Under the pieces are notes generated by a model. That model worked only from the letters and a program-made list of their open reading frames with translations, was not told where the DNA came from and ran no database searches. The translations under genes were made by a program, and so were the position numbers. A stretch of 64,000 bases of DNA, taken from a virus. Where the stretch lies: IMG/VR virus record IMGVR_UViG_3300045988_145033, positions 64,001 to 128,000 of that record; one strand, given 5' to 3'. Each line of letters starts with the position of its first letter. Position 1 is the stretch's first letter. This document shows, piece after piece, positions 17,984 through 26,852 of this stretch.

Positions 17984-20659
17984 TTAACCTCCTATGTTTA
18001 TAATATCTACAATATCTGTTTGTAAACGTCCGCTCTCACGCTTTATAAGCGTATCATAAACCCTTAAATCTGAATATAATCTTTTCTTAGTTTTATTCTT
18101 TAAAGTATCATAAAAACCTAACTTTGCGTGTCTATCCCAGAAATAAGTCTTATACTTGTCGTTTAATATATCAAGAGTTATAACGTCATCATTTTCAAAT
18201 TCACGGAACTTCTTTTGAAAAGCATAATCATCTATGATTATTTCTCTATCGTGTTCCCATACCTTTACTCTCACATGCGGTATAGTGTCTTCTATATAAA
18301 AATAATCATTATCGTACTCTTTATACCACTTTTGAAAACCATCATCATATGTAAACTCATTAAGGTCAGGTCTTATGTATTCTACTGTATTAGGAACTGT
18401 AATCCAAGGTGGATATAAAACTTTACTTCTATCTCTTTCTCCCTTTCTATGTAGTAAGTCAGTCACTTCAAGATATGAGTGTAGTCCTGACATTTTAACT
18501 GTCATTGTAGCTTCTTCAAAAGTTGTAGTAGTTACTCTATCCCAAAGCCACACATGGTTTTTAATTAAAGTCTCAGATAGTATTCTTTCGTAATCATCAA
18601 ATACATAAGAAGTACCCGAAAGTCTCAAATCTACAGTATACGATTTTAAAAAGGCTATCATCTTAAACATTGTCGTTTTAATAGTTTGAGCTTCATCTTC
18701 TTTTATCTTAGATAAAAAAGATAAAAGATTGTCTCTCGCTGCAAGATGCGATGGATTACAATAATTATATAAATCTTCTATAACTGATAGTAATTCTTCA
18801 TTCATATTAGATTCAACATTTGCTCCAGTTGCACGAAGTGACTCAAGATGAGTATACAAAGCTGGATTTGTATGAGATAACCATTCTGAGTAAGTATTGT
18901 AGTTTTTAATATCTTTATAGTAATGATTTATAGCCATAGTTCCAACCATATGCTCAAGCTTCATAAGTTCTTTCATTATATGATAATCAAAATGCTCAGT
19001 TTCTATCATTTTACGTAGAACACCTAGTGCATTTCTATTATGTAAAAGTACATCTAAGAAATCTACAACTGACATAGATGAGTTTACAGTTTTATAATAA
19101 GTTAGATATTCCATATCTTTTGGTATATTTCTTTGAAAGGCATCCACTATATCAGCACTTAATTTAAAATGGTTATCTATTCCATATATGTAAACTAAAC
19201 CTTCTGTATCTTTTATTATATCATCTTCAAAGCCATTCTTATTTATAATAAGTATCATAGCATACACAAATGCTTCCCATAAGGTTGCTGGTAGTTGAGC
19301 CTTTGTAAGAGTTAGTTTAAAGTCCCCTAGTCTTTCTTTATTTCCAAATAAAAAAGACATAAACTCAGATTGAGTAAAAGCGTTCTCAGTTAGAGATACA
19401 ACGTTATCAACTCCTATATATTTAGTAGTAAGAAATGAGAAGTTTTCCTTAAGTACCATATCTTCAAGCTTATCACGTCCTAATCCCCATCTTTTATCAT
19501 TTGCTACAAATTCATTAAATGGTATTTTAGCCTTAGTATCTCCCTCTCTTATATTGTAGATATAATTATGTAAATCTGATGCTCCTATAGGAACTCTTAC
19601 AAAAGATAACTTATAATTTTCGCTTAAAGATTTAGTCTTATCATATCCCTTTTCAAAGTCTACATATTCTTTATAAAGAATATATTGATAAACGTCTTTA
19701 ATACCAAAAGCTTCTACTATATTTATAATAGACGATTTATCTCCTTTAAATCTTAGAACTCTATTTATTTTTTCAGCAAATGCTATTCTTACATTCTTAG
19801 GTAAATCAGCCACATATGGAATTGAAAATGTCTTATAAAGACTATCAAGTATATCATCTGACGTAAAGTCAAACTCCAAAATATTCATAGGGTTTTCAGC
19901 AAGTATCACATACATTGTAGCACAGATAAGATAAGTAGCCATTATAGGTTCATAGTATTCATATGAATCATTATAATACTCATTAAAGATAGTTCTTGCA
20001 AATGCAAGTCTTAAGTATTCGTATACTTCTGCAACTCTATATCCAATATTATAATTTACTGTATCTATATATAAAAGTCCAAACTTATCTGAAGTTCTTG
20101 TCACATAAAAGGGTATTCTTCTTTGAATAAAGTTAAGATACTCTTTATCTTGATTTTTCTTTATTATCTCCTCAAGTAGTCCTTTATTCTCTAATATTGA
20201 TAGCTCCCCTTGACTCATAAGATGAAGTGGAGTATTATCTGTAATACCATCTATATGATACCCTAAGTATATGTAATCTTCCTCTCTATAAGGATAACCC
20301 ATTAGAGTTAGCACATATCTATTTTCTTCTTTATACTCAGCTATTATCTTACGTCTTTTATTTGCGTGTAATTGCTCTCTTTGAGCAAGTGTTGTGAACC
20401 TAGATAGTTCACGTACATCTCTTTGTATTATTATAATATCATTACTATCATATATTCCTATTGCGTTTAGTTCTTCTGTAGTGTAGTCATACTCGTAAAC
20501 TGTATCAGTTCCGTTATACGCATTTTTATATTTATTAAATCTAACCTTCATTTCTTCCGTGTCCCATATCTCAAGTTCTTTTTGTCTTTTTATGACAGCG
20601 GTTTTGAGACAGTTAAGAATATCTCGGTTATCAGTTACAAAATCATCAATCCGTAACAT
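17984..20659 (-). CDS. Hypothetical large protein (~891 aa)
   Basis: The track ORF extends to 20698. The internal ATG at ~20659 has a strong AAAGGAGGTGTACT RBS, so the first 13 codons are probably 5' leader. Confidence 0.7.
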   Translation of the reverse strand: MLRIDDFVTDNRDILNCLKTAVIKRQKELEIWDTEEMKVRFNKYKNAYNGTDTVYEYDYTTEELNAIGIYDSNDIIIIQRDVRELSRFTTLAQREQLHANKRRKIIAEYKEENRYVLTLMGYPYREEDYIYLGYHIDGITDNTPLHLMSQGELSILENKGLLEEIIKKNQDKEYLNFIQRRIPFYVTRTSDKFGLLYIDTVNYNIGYRVAEVYEYLRLAFARTIFNEYYNDSYEYYEPIMATYLICATMYVILAENPMNILEFDFTSDDILDSLYKTFSIPYVADLPKNVRIAFAEKINRVLRFKGDKSSIINIVEAFGIKDVYQYILYKEYVDFEKGYDKTKSLSENYKLSFVRVPIGASDLHNYIYNIREGDTKAKIPFNEFVANDKRWGLGRDKLEDMVLKENFSFLTTKYIGVDNVVSLTENAFTQSEFMSFLFGNKERLGDFKLTLTKAQLPATLWEAFVYAMILIINKNGFEDDIIKDTEGLVYIYGIDNHFKLSADIVDAFQRNIPKDMEYLTYYKTVNSSMSVVDFLDVLLHNRNALGVLRKMIETEHFDYHIMKELMKLEHMVGTMAINHYYKDIKNYNTYSEWLSHTNPALYTHLESLRATGANVESNMNEELLSVIEDLYNYCNPSHLAARDNLLSFLSKIKEDEAQTIKTTMFKMIAFLKSYTVDLRLSGTSYVFDDYERILSETLIKNHVWLWDRVTTTTFEEATMTVKMSGLHSYLEVTDLLHRKGERDRSKVLYPPWITVPNTVEYIRPDLNEFTYDDGFQKWYKEYDNDYFYIEDTIPHVRVKVWEHDREIIIDDYAFQKKFREFENDDVITLDILNDKYKTYFWDRHAKLGFYDTLKNKTKKRLYSDLRVYDTLIKRESGRLQTDIVDIINIGG

Positions 20660-20680
20660 AGTACACCTCCTTTGATTTTT

Positions 20681-20723
20681 CAAATAGCTGTTCGTCATAA
20701 AACCCCCAGAAACAGCTTAAATA
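20681..20723. promoter_or_regulatory. Back-to-back divergent late-type promoters (minus AACA-GCTATT-TG; plus AACA-GCTTAA(A)-TA)
   Basis: AACAGC elements about 20 bp apart in the 17984 / 20758 divergent region. Confidence 0.45.
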
Positions 20724-20757
20724 GAAGAAAAATATTAACTTTAGGAGGTATAAACAT

Positions 20758-21681
20758 ATGGAACTTACTATTATAAGTTTGATAGTTATGGTAAATTTAA
20801 TGCTATTTGGTGGAGCTACATTATTTGTAATGTATATGCTTAAATCAAAGGAAATGGAAGATAAAAGAATAGAAAATGAAAGGCAATTTATGCTTGAGCA
20901 AACGAGACTTTCAATAGAGCAAACCGAGAATAAACGAAAGGAAGAAGAAAGGGTAAGACGGTATTTACTCGATAAGGAAAAGCAACTTGCAGATATTAAA
21001 CTTCGTGAAAAGGAAATAGATTATAACGCCTCTCTTGATGTCAAGAAAGAAGTTTATAATCCTTTAGAAGAAATGATAGAAACTGTTGTAGAACCTTATT
21101 TGAAATTCAAATATACTAATATAGAAAAAGACCCTAAAGACTTTGTAATGGAAGATATAATAATTCCTAGATTTGGACCGCATAGAGAAAATGATATAAA
21201 AGATATTTATAAAACTATAGTTTCTGATATGTCTCCTACTATGAGAAATATACTAGGTAAATATTTAAAAGATGAAAATTTAGATATAATGATAGATAAG
21301 ATGATAAGACTATACTACAATAGAACTCTTGATACATTAACTAAATATAAAAATGAGCTAGCACTTCGTGAACAAGCTGTAATGTCAAGAAAAGACCCAC
21401 TATTTATAAATGGTAAGCTTAATAGAAAGGCAAGAGGACTTTCAAAAGAAGCGGCTGATGCAATAGAATATTATAAGATACATAATGTAAAAGACTTAGT
21501 AGAAGCACAAAAACTTATGCGTGATGAAGAACACGCTGACTTATATATAAATGCACGTTATGAAAATGAAATACGTAATGGATTTGACCACGGAGTTAAT
21601 ATACTAAAAGTTGACCCTTCACAATATGATGACTTTTTAAGGTGGAAATTCCCAGACAATTACGGTTTATATAATAGATAA
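20758..21681 (+). CDS. Membrane-anchored coiled-coil protein (307 aa): N-terminal TM helix followed by a K/E-rich coiled coil
   Basis: ORF with TTTAGGAGGTATAAAC RBS. The hydrophobic N-terminus is MELTIISLIVMVNLMLFGGATLFVMYML. Confidence 0.7.
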   Translation: MELTIISLIVMVNLMLFGGATLFVMYMLKSKEMEDKRIENERQFMLEQTRLSIEQTENKRKEEERVRRYLLDKEKQLADIKLREKEIDYNASLDVKKEVYNPLEEMIETVVEPYLKFKYTNIEKDPKDFVMEDIIIPRFGPHRENDIKDIYKTIVSDMSPTMRNILGKYLKDENLDIMIDKMIRLYYNRTLDTLTKYKNELALREQAVMSRKDPLFINGKLNRKARGLSKEAADAIEYYKIHNVKDLVEAQKLMRDEEHADLYINARYENEIRNGFDHGVNILKVDPSQYDDFLRWKFPDNYGLYNR

Positions 21682-21692
21682 AGGAGAAGATT

Positions 21693-24485
21693 ATGGAAAT
21701 ATTTAATATAGATAAATTCATAAGAGCAAGACAAGTAAAAGAAGTTACGACAACTAACCTCTTTCTCGCATCAGGTTCACCAGACCCTGAAGGACTTGTA
21801 TCTCAAGTTATATTTGGTACGTCTACAATAGATAGACAATCAAGATATGGGTATATACAACTTCATGGAAAGTTTATGCACCCTATAATATACAAAAGAA
21901 TATTTAAAAGAAGTTATAGAAAGATAGACGGTATTATAGCTGGAACTGATTACTATAATATTACTGAAAAGGGAGAACTTGTAAAAGACCCCGAAGGATA
22001 TACTGGACTTGAATGGCTTTATAAGAATTTTGAGAGAATAAAGTTTCAGAATATAAATTTAGAAGAAGATGGTGATGATATAGAACTATCTTTATTTAAA
22101 GAGGACGTAAGAGCAGTTATGAAGAAATATACAAAGGACCAGTTATTTATTGATAAGATTATAGTTATACCTATAGCTTATCGTGATATAGATATAAGAG
22201 ACGGTCAAATGGGTATTGATGAGCTTAACTCTTTATATCGTTCTATTATGAATAAAGCTAGAATGCTACAAGATAATAAGAATGTAAAACTGTTTGATTT
22301 GAATAGGCTTATGTTTCAGATGCAACTACAGATAGCTCAACTATCTGACCACTACAAAGCTATAATAAGTGGTAAGTATGGACTTCAAAGAAAAAGAGCA
22401 CTATCTAAAAACGTTGACTATGGTTCAATAGTTGTATTATCAGGACACGAGTTTGACGGAGATAAGTTTTATGATGAAAAGGTAAATGTTGATAAAACAG
22501 GTTTCCCTTTAACTGCTATAGTTACTAATATGCAATTATTTATAATACGTAGAGTAGAAGATTTCTTAAGACAACTTCCTATGACAAAGAAAAATGGTGA
22601 GCAGTTCTCTTTAAGAGAAAAGGAAATGTATTATGACGGTGAGAAGATAAAGGAATACATACAAACTTATGCTCACTCTATATCAGAAAGATTTAACTTT
22701 GTTGAAACTCCAGACGGTGGTAATGTTACTTTCACATATAAAGTAGCTGGAAAAGAAAAGACAAGATTTATGACAATAACTGACGTTTTGTATATGTTTG
22801 CTTATAGTGAAGCTGAGCTTGCAGAACGTCATATGCTTATAACACGTCACCCTACTATGGATAGCTTTAACGTTATACCTACGCTTATTCACGTTCTATC
22901 TACTATTAAGACAATAGAAGTCGAAGCGTATGGTATGAAATATCCTTACTATCCCGATATAGATTATATCTTTGATAAGTATGGAGATTTAAGAGTAAGA
23001 GAAAATGCAATAAAGGCAGAAAGAGAATTATCAGGTTACTTTACAGAATCTGAAAAGATATCCACTTTACAACTTGAGGGAATGGACGGAGACTTAGACG
23101 GAGATAAAAATATAGCAAGACCGGTATTTTCAGATGAAGCCAACGAAGAATGCAGGCAAAAAAGAGAGGCACTTGCGTCACACTTTAATATGAGAATGGA
23201 GAATATGAAGATACTTGGAACTGATAGTGTACAAGCTTTATATTCATTTACAGTATTTAGAAAAGACGCACCTTATGCTAAACCTGCTACAATAGAAAAG
23301 TTAAAGAATGCTAAATCAGATGATATTACTGTAACTTATTTATTTAAAGAACTAAGACTTGCAGATACTACTAAATTTAAAAGAGAAAATGATATAAGAG
23401 ATTTAATACCTATTAAAAATGGTGAGTTTGGTTATAAAGGAAAAGATACAGTTTGTACAATAGGACAATTCATAGCTTGGAAGCTTTTATTTGAAGATTG
23501 TAAAATACCAATTCTTACAGAAGTTCTAACTAAGAAAGTCATAGAAAGAACTTTTACAGAAATAGGAGTTAAGATACAACATAAAGAAATTACAATAGAC
23601 GATTTCAAGAAATGTGTAAATAGATATGAAGCGTTCTCACTTCGTATGACTTCATTTGTAAATCCTTCTGTATCAACTGAAATGCTTATTCTTACACCAG
23701 AGATAAGAGAATTAAAATCGAAACTTATAGAAGAAAATAAAGCTGGTATTGAAGCTAATGACCCATATGCCGCTGCTAAGGTTGAAAAGCCACTAATTGA
23801 TAAAGTAGAAGAAGTGTATGGAGATAAACCTGAAATGGAAACTTATCGTTCAGGGGTTGTAACTCTTGATAATAACTATAAGGTACTTGCACTTATGGCA
23901 GGAGCACTACCACAAGATGAAGACTTCAATAAGTTTAAAGTAGTTACAGATTCTTTATCAGACGGACTACAAAAGAAAGACTTATCTTACTTTGGTAATA
24001 TGGGACTTGTGGGTGGATACTCAAGAGGTAAAGCACCAGAAGTCGGTGGAGCTATGGCAAAACTTGCAGGGTATGTGTATCAAACTATGAGACTTGATAA
24101 GTTTGGTACTGATTGTGGAACGAAAGTATATTGTGAAATATATGTAGACCCTAAAGCAGAAGTTGAATATTATGGAAGATATGTTCCTGAAGGGAATGAG
24201 CTTGTAATGATAACTAAAGAAAACTTCTCAAAATATGCTGGAAAGAAAGTTCCTATGCGTTCAGTTCTAACTTGTAAGACACCTCTTGTATGCAATAAAT
24301 GTGCAGGAGATGGAATATACAATATCTTAGGAATATATGATAGACCTGTAGATTTCGGACTTAAGCTTAATAAACAACAGCACGAGCTTGTACAAAAGAG
24401 ACTTAAACTTTCTCACGATACTTCAGTTAAATTCAAGCACTTAGATTTTGACTGTATAGTACCTAGTAAGAAGAAAGGAAAATAG
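21693..24485 (+). CDS. Multisubunit RNA polymerase beta-prime N-terminal-half-like subunit (930 aa), a split RNAP subunit
   Basis: RYGYIQLHGKFMHPIIYKRIF resembles ERMGHIELAAPVAHIWF. VIPIAYRDIDIRDG resembles the VLPVLPPDLRP motif. SGKYGLQRKRALSKNVDYGSIVV resembles [24 protein letters not shown]. The catalytic loop reads DGDLDGD in place of NADFDGD. Confidence 0.7.
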   Translation: MEIFNIDKFIRARQVKEVTTTNLFLASGSPDPEGLVSQVIFGTSTIDRQSRYGYIQLHGKFMHPIIYKRIFKRSYRKIDGIIAGTDYYNITEKGELVKDPEGYTGLEWLYKNFERIKFQNINLEEDGDDIELSLFKEDVRAVMKKYTKDQLFIDKIIVIPIAYRDIDIRDGQMGIDELNSLYRSIMNKARMLQDNKNVKLFDLNRLMFQMQLQIAQLSDHYKAIISGKYGLQRKRALSKNVDYGSIVVLSGHEFDGDKFYDEKVNVDKTGFPLTAIVTNMQLFIIRRVEDFLRQLPMTKKNGEQFSLREKEMYYDGEKIKEYIQTYAHSISERFNFVETPDGGNVTFTYKVAGKEKTRFMTITDVLYMFAYSEAELAERHMLITRHPTMDSFNVIPTLIHVLSTIKTIEVEAYGMKYPYYPDIDYIFDKYGDLRVRENAIKAERELSGYFTESEKISTLQLEGMDGDLDGDKNIARPVFSDEANEECRQKREALASHFNMRMENMKILGTDSVQALYSFTVFRKDAPYAKPATIEKLKNAKSDDITVTYLFKELRLADTTKFKRENDIRDLIPIKNGEFGYKGKDTVCTIGQFIAWKLLFEDCKIPILTEVLTKKVIERTFTEIGVKIQHKEITIDDFKKCVNRYEAFSLRMTSFVNPSVSTEMLILTPEIRELKSKLIEENKAGIEANDPYAAAKVEKPLIDKVEEVYGDKPEMETYRSGVVTLDNNYKVLALMAGALPQDEDFNKFKVVTDSLSDGLQKKDLSYFGNMGLVGGYSRGKAPEVGGAMAKLAGYVYQTMRLDKFGTDCGTKVYCEIYVDPKAEVEYYGRYVPEGNELVMITKENFSKYAGKKVPMRSVLTCKTPLVCNKCAGDGIYNILGIYDRPVDFGLKLNKQQHELVQKRLKLSHDTSVKFKHLDFDCIVPSKKKGK

Positions 24486-24498
24486 AAAAAAAAAAATA

Positions 24499-24518
24499 GG
24501 AAGGGGCGTCCCCCTTCC
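24499..24518. terminator. Bidirectional terminator GGAAGGGG-cgt-CCCCTTCC
   Basis: Perfect 8-bp GC-rich stem, with A11 upstream and T-rich sequence downstream. Confidence 0.7.
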
Positions 24519-24527
24519 ATATATTTT

Positions 24528-24590
24528 TAATGGGATTATGTCTTTACTATATAGTATAATGGGATTTGTCTAATATTGGGATTATAGACT
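24528..24590. repeat. Three direct copies of (A/T)TGGGATT(A)T in the convergent intergenic region
   Basis: AATGGGATTATGTCT; AATGGGATTTGTCT; ATTGGGATTATAGACT. Confidence 0.4.
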
Positions 24591-24619
24591 TATACTGTAT
24601 ATTTTTCCAAGTGTTTCCG

Positions 24620-25603
24620 TTATAGGTAAGTATTTTCAAATACTTGTAAAAGAGCTTGTATACAATCAGCTGCATCGTATAAATCATCTTTTGACTCAAT
24701 ATGGAATAACTTACCTTCGCTATCAGCTGGAGCCCAAGACTCAGCATATGTAGAAAGTTTGGCAATTCTTGCCTCTGTATTCTTTCTTTCTTCTTCAGTT
24801 AGCGGTACATGGTCAAGTGTCCAATAAATCATTTGACAATCTTGTCCACCAAATGAAGCTGTTACAAATTCCAAGTCTCCTATTCTTGGAACAAAGTAAC
24901 CTATATCACGAACAGCTATCTCGTCACCTTTAACTCCAAAGTTTTCAGCTGAGATAACCAAGTGAATATCGTTCATATGGAAATACTTATTAAGCTTTCT
25001 AATGATACGAGACATATACTCATAATTTTCAACACATACAGCGATAGACTCTTCCTTAACGTTTAAGAAAGTACCGTCTGTATGCTTAAGCATATCAGCT
25101 CTTAAGTTTCCAATGTATTCAGCACATATCATAAAATCTTTCCACCCATCAGGTAGAGCGAAATTAGATACGACTGGAATATGTTTTCCAATATCATTAT
25201 AGATTTCTGGATTAGTAGTTACATAAGATGAAATAAATCTCTCGATTTTATTATCTCTTATTCCTACTTCTCTAAAAGGTACTTTATATACCCAACCAGA
25301 ACCTTCAGCCATAAAGGCAATTCTATTTTGTCCTCTTCCAAGGTATTTAAAACCTGCACCCATTATAAGTCTTTTGAATCTCTCAGCAACTTCATCTGGA
25401 GCAGATTCGCTCACAAATACTTCAGCAAGTTCTTGAGCTAGTTCTACTACTCTTTCTTGAACTTCATCATTATCGCCCATTCTTTGTTGACGTCCGAATG
25501 GACTTTCACCAAATGGAGAACTAGATTCTCCGAATCTTCCATTACCACTTAAACTATTACTTCTCTTTAAAACGTTTCCTACTTCTTTAATATTAAATGC
25601 CAT
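24620..25603 (-). CDS. Hypothetical protein (327 aa), possibly an atypical protein-kinase-like fold, with an FG/Gly-rich disordered N-terminus
   Basis: GRGQNRIAF may be a Gly loop, VYKV a conserved Lys, HMNDIHLVISAEN a catalytic-loop-like segment and VRDIGYF DFG-like. N-terminal GRFGESSSPFGESPFGRQQ. The kinase call is weak. Confidence 0.35.
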   Translation of the reverse strand: MAFNIKEVGNVLKRSNSLSGNGRFGESSSPFGESPFGRQQRMGDNDEVQERVVELAQELAEVFVSESAPDEVAERFKRLIMGAGFKYLGRGQNRIAFMAEGSGWVYKVPFREVGIRDNKIERFISSYVTTNPEIYNDIGKHIPVVSNFALPDGWKDFMICAEYIGNLRADMLKHTDGTFLNVKEESIAVCVENYEYMSRIIRKLNKYFHMNDIHLVISAENFGVKGDEIAVRDIGYFVPRIGDLEFVTASFGGQDCQMIYWTLDHVPLTEEERKNTEARIAKLSTYAESWAPADSEGKLFHIESKDDLYDAADCIQALLQVFENTYL

Positions 25604-25658
25604 TTTCTTCCTCCTTAAAATTTTATAATTTTATAATAAGTTAAATTGCTAATTATTT

Positions 25659-26762
25659 TTACCACCATTTATTTACTGTAGAACCTGTTCTAGGCTTCAA
25701 CGGAACGTAAGGTTTTGATTCCACCGCCGCACCCGGTGTAACCCAAGGTCTTACCCCGCCATTTGAAGAACTACCACCGCCTGTATTTCCTCCAAATATT
25801 GATGCAAACCCTTTCTTACCACTACTTCCTCCGCTACCACTGTTTCCATATCCTAAGCCGTTATTTGGTTTGTACTTATCGGCGTATGTATTATTCTTTT
25901 CACCGAATGTAGACTTTTTCTTGCCGAATGGACTATTACTGTTATATCCACTTCCGTAGTCATCGTTAAATAATCCGCCACCGAATGAACCAAATCTACC
26001 GAAACTTCCATCATCTACAAAGTAATCATCTTCATTTTCTTCTTTCTTGAACTTTGCAAATGACGAAGTCTTTTCTTCTTTCTTACCAGCTGTATAGAAC
26101 CCACTTACTGTACCCGGAATAAGTTTTCCAGTTTTCTTTTCATTCTTCTTCATATTTTGTAAGAAGTATTTATCAGCGTCTGGGTCAGGTCTATCAGGTT
26201 CAATCTTAAATCCTAAATCTTGAATAGCTGCCACAACTTCTGGAGCTATTAGTTCTTCGTCTACTGCCGCAGTTAGAGTCTTAACTAATTTATCCAAGTT
26301 ATTAGTAACTAGCTTTAGAACCTTAGTAAGCATAAATGTGTCTACACCGTATCTTGAAAGTTTTAGCTCACTATCAATAGTAGTGATTTGACTGATACCG
26401 GTAGTATCTACTATTTCATTGATTTGCTTTAATTGCTCTTTATCAAATCTAGTTCTGAAGTCAGTCATACCGTCGTTCCACTTGTCTCTCATTCTAATCC
26501 ATCTAGTCAAGTTTTCCCCAACGCTTTCTTCTTCTCTACCGAAATACGCAGCCGTTTTATTTAGGAAATCACAATCTGTGAATTTACCTAAATCGTTTGT
26601 CATGTAATTTTCAAGTGCCATCATTGTTTGTTGCCATTGCTCTTCGTAGTTTGCAGCAACTTTTAAATCGTGACTTAAAAATACACCTTCCGGAACCATA
26701 GAGTTCCATTTGTTCTTTCCATTCTTTCCATACTTTTTACCGTATTGTGTTACATCAATCAT
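25659..26762 (-). CDS. Hypothetical protein (367 aa) with a C-terminal FG/Gly/Ser/Asn-rich low-complexity tail ending in KWW
   Basis: The tail contains SFGRFGSFGGGLF, PFGKKKSTFGEKNN and GFASIFGGNTGGGSSSNGG. Preceded by degenerate early module F. Confidence 0.65.
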   Translation of the reverse strand: MIDVTQYGKKYGKNGKNKWNSMVPEGVFLSHDLKVAANYEEQWQQTMMALENYMTNDLGKFTDCDFLNKTAAYFGREEESVGENLTRWIRMRDKWNDGMTDFRTRFDKEQLKQINEIVDTTGISQITTIDSELKLSRYGVDTFMLTKVLKLVTNNLDKLVKTLTAAVDEELIAPEVVAAIQDLGFKIEPDRPDPDADKYFLQNMKKNEKKTGKLIPGTVSGFYTAGKKEEKTSSFAKFKKEENEDDYFVDDGSFGRFGSFGGGLFNDDYGSGYNSNSPFGKKKSTFGEKNNTYADKYKPNNGLGYGNSGSGGSSGKKGFASIFGGNTGGGSSSNGGVRPWVTPGAAVESKPYVPLKPRTGSTVNKWW

Positions 26763-26830
26763 TTTGATTCCTCCTTAAAATTTTTTATTTTTACCTCTCG
26801 GTCTACATATATAATATATAGTATAAAAAA
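26763..26830 (-). promoter_or_regulatory. Degenerate early-type module F (TATACTATATATTATATATGTAGACCGAGAGGTAAAAATAAAAAATTTTAAGGAGG)
   Basis: TATATAT-TATATATGTAGA-GAGG blocks align with modules A-D. No hairpin. Confidence 0.35.
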
Positions 26831-26852
26831 TGAAAGTTGCACTAAGGCTACT

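Noticed and set aside
20758-21681. Calling 20758..21681 an RNAP sigma or specificity factor because it precedes the beta-prime-like gene
   Set aside because: The sequence is a TM helix plus a generic K/E coiled coil with no helix-turn-helix or sigma region signatures. Position alone is insufficient.
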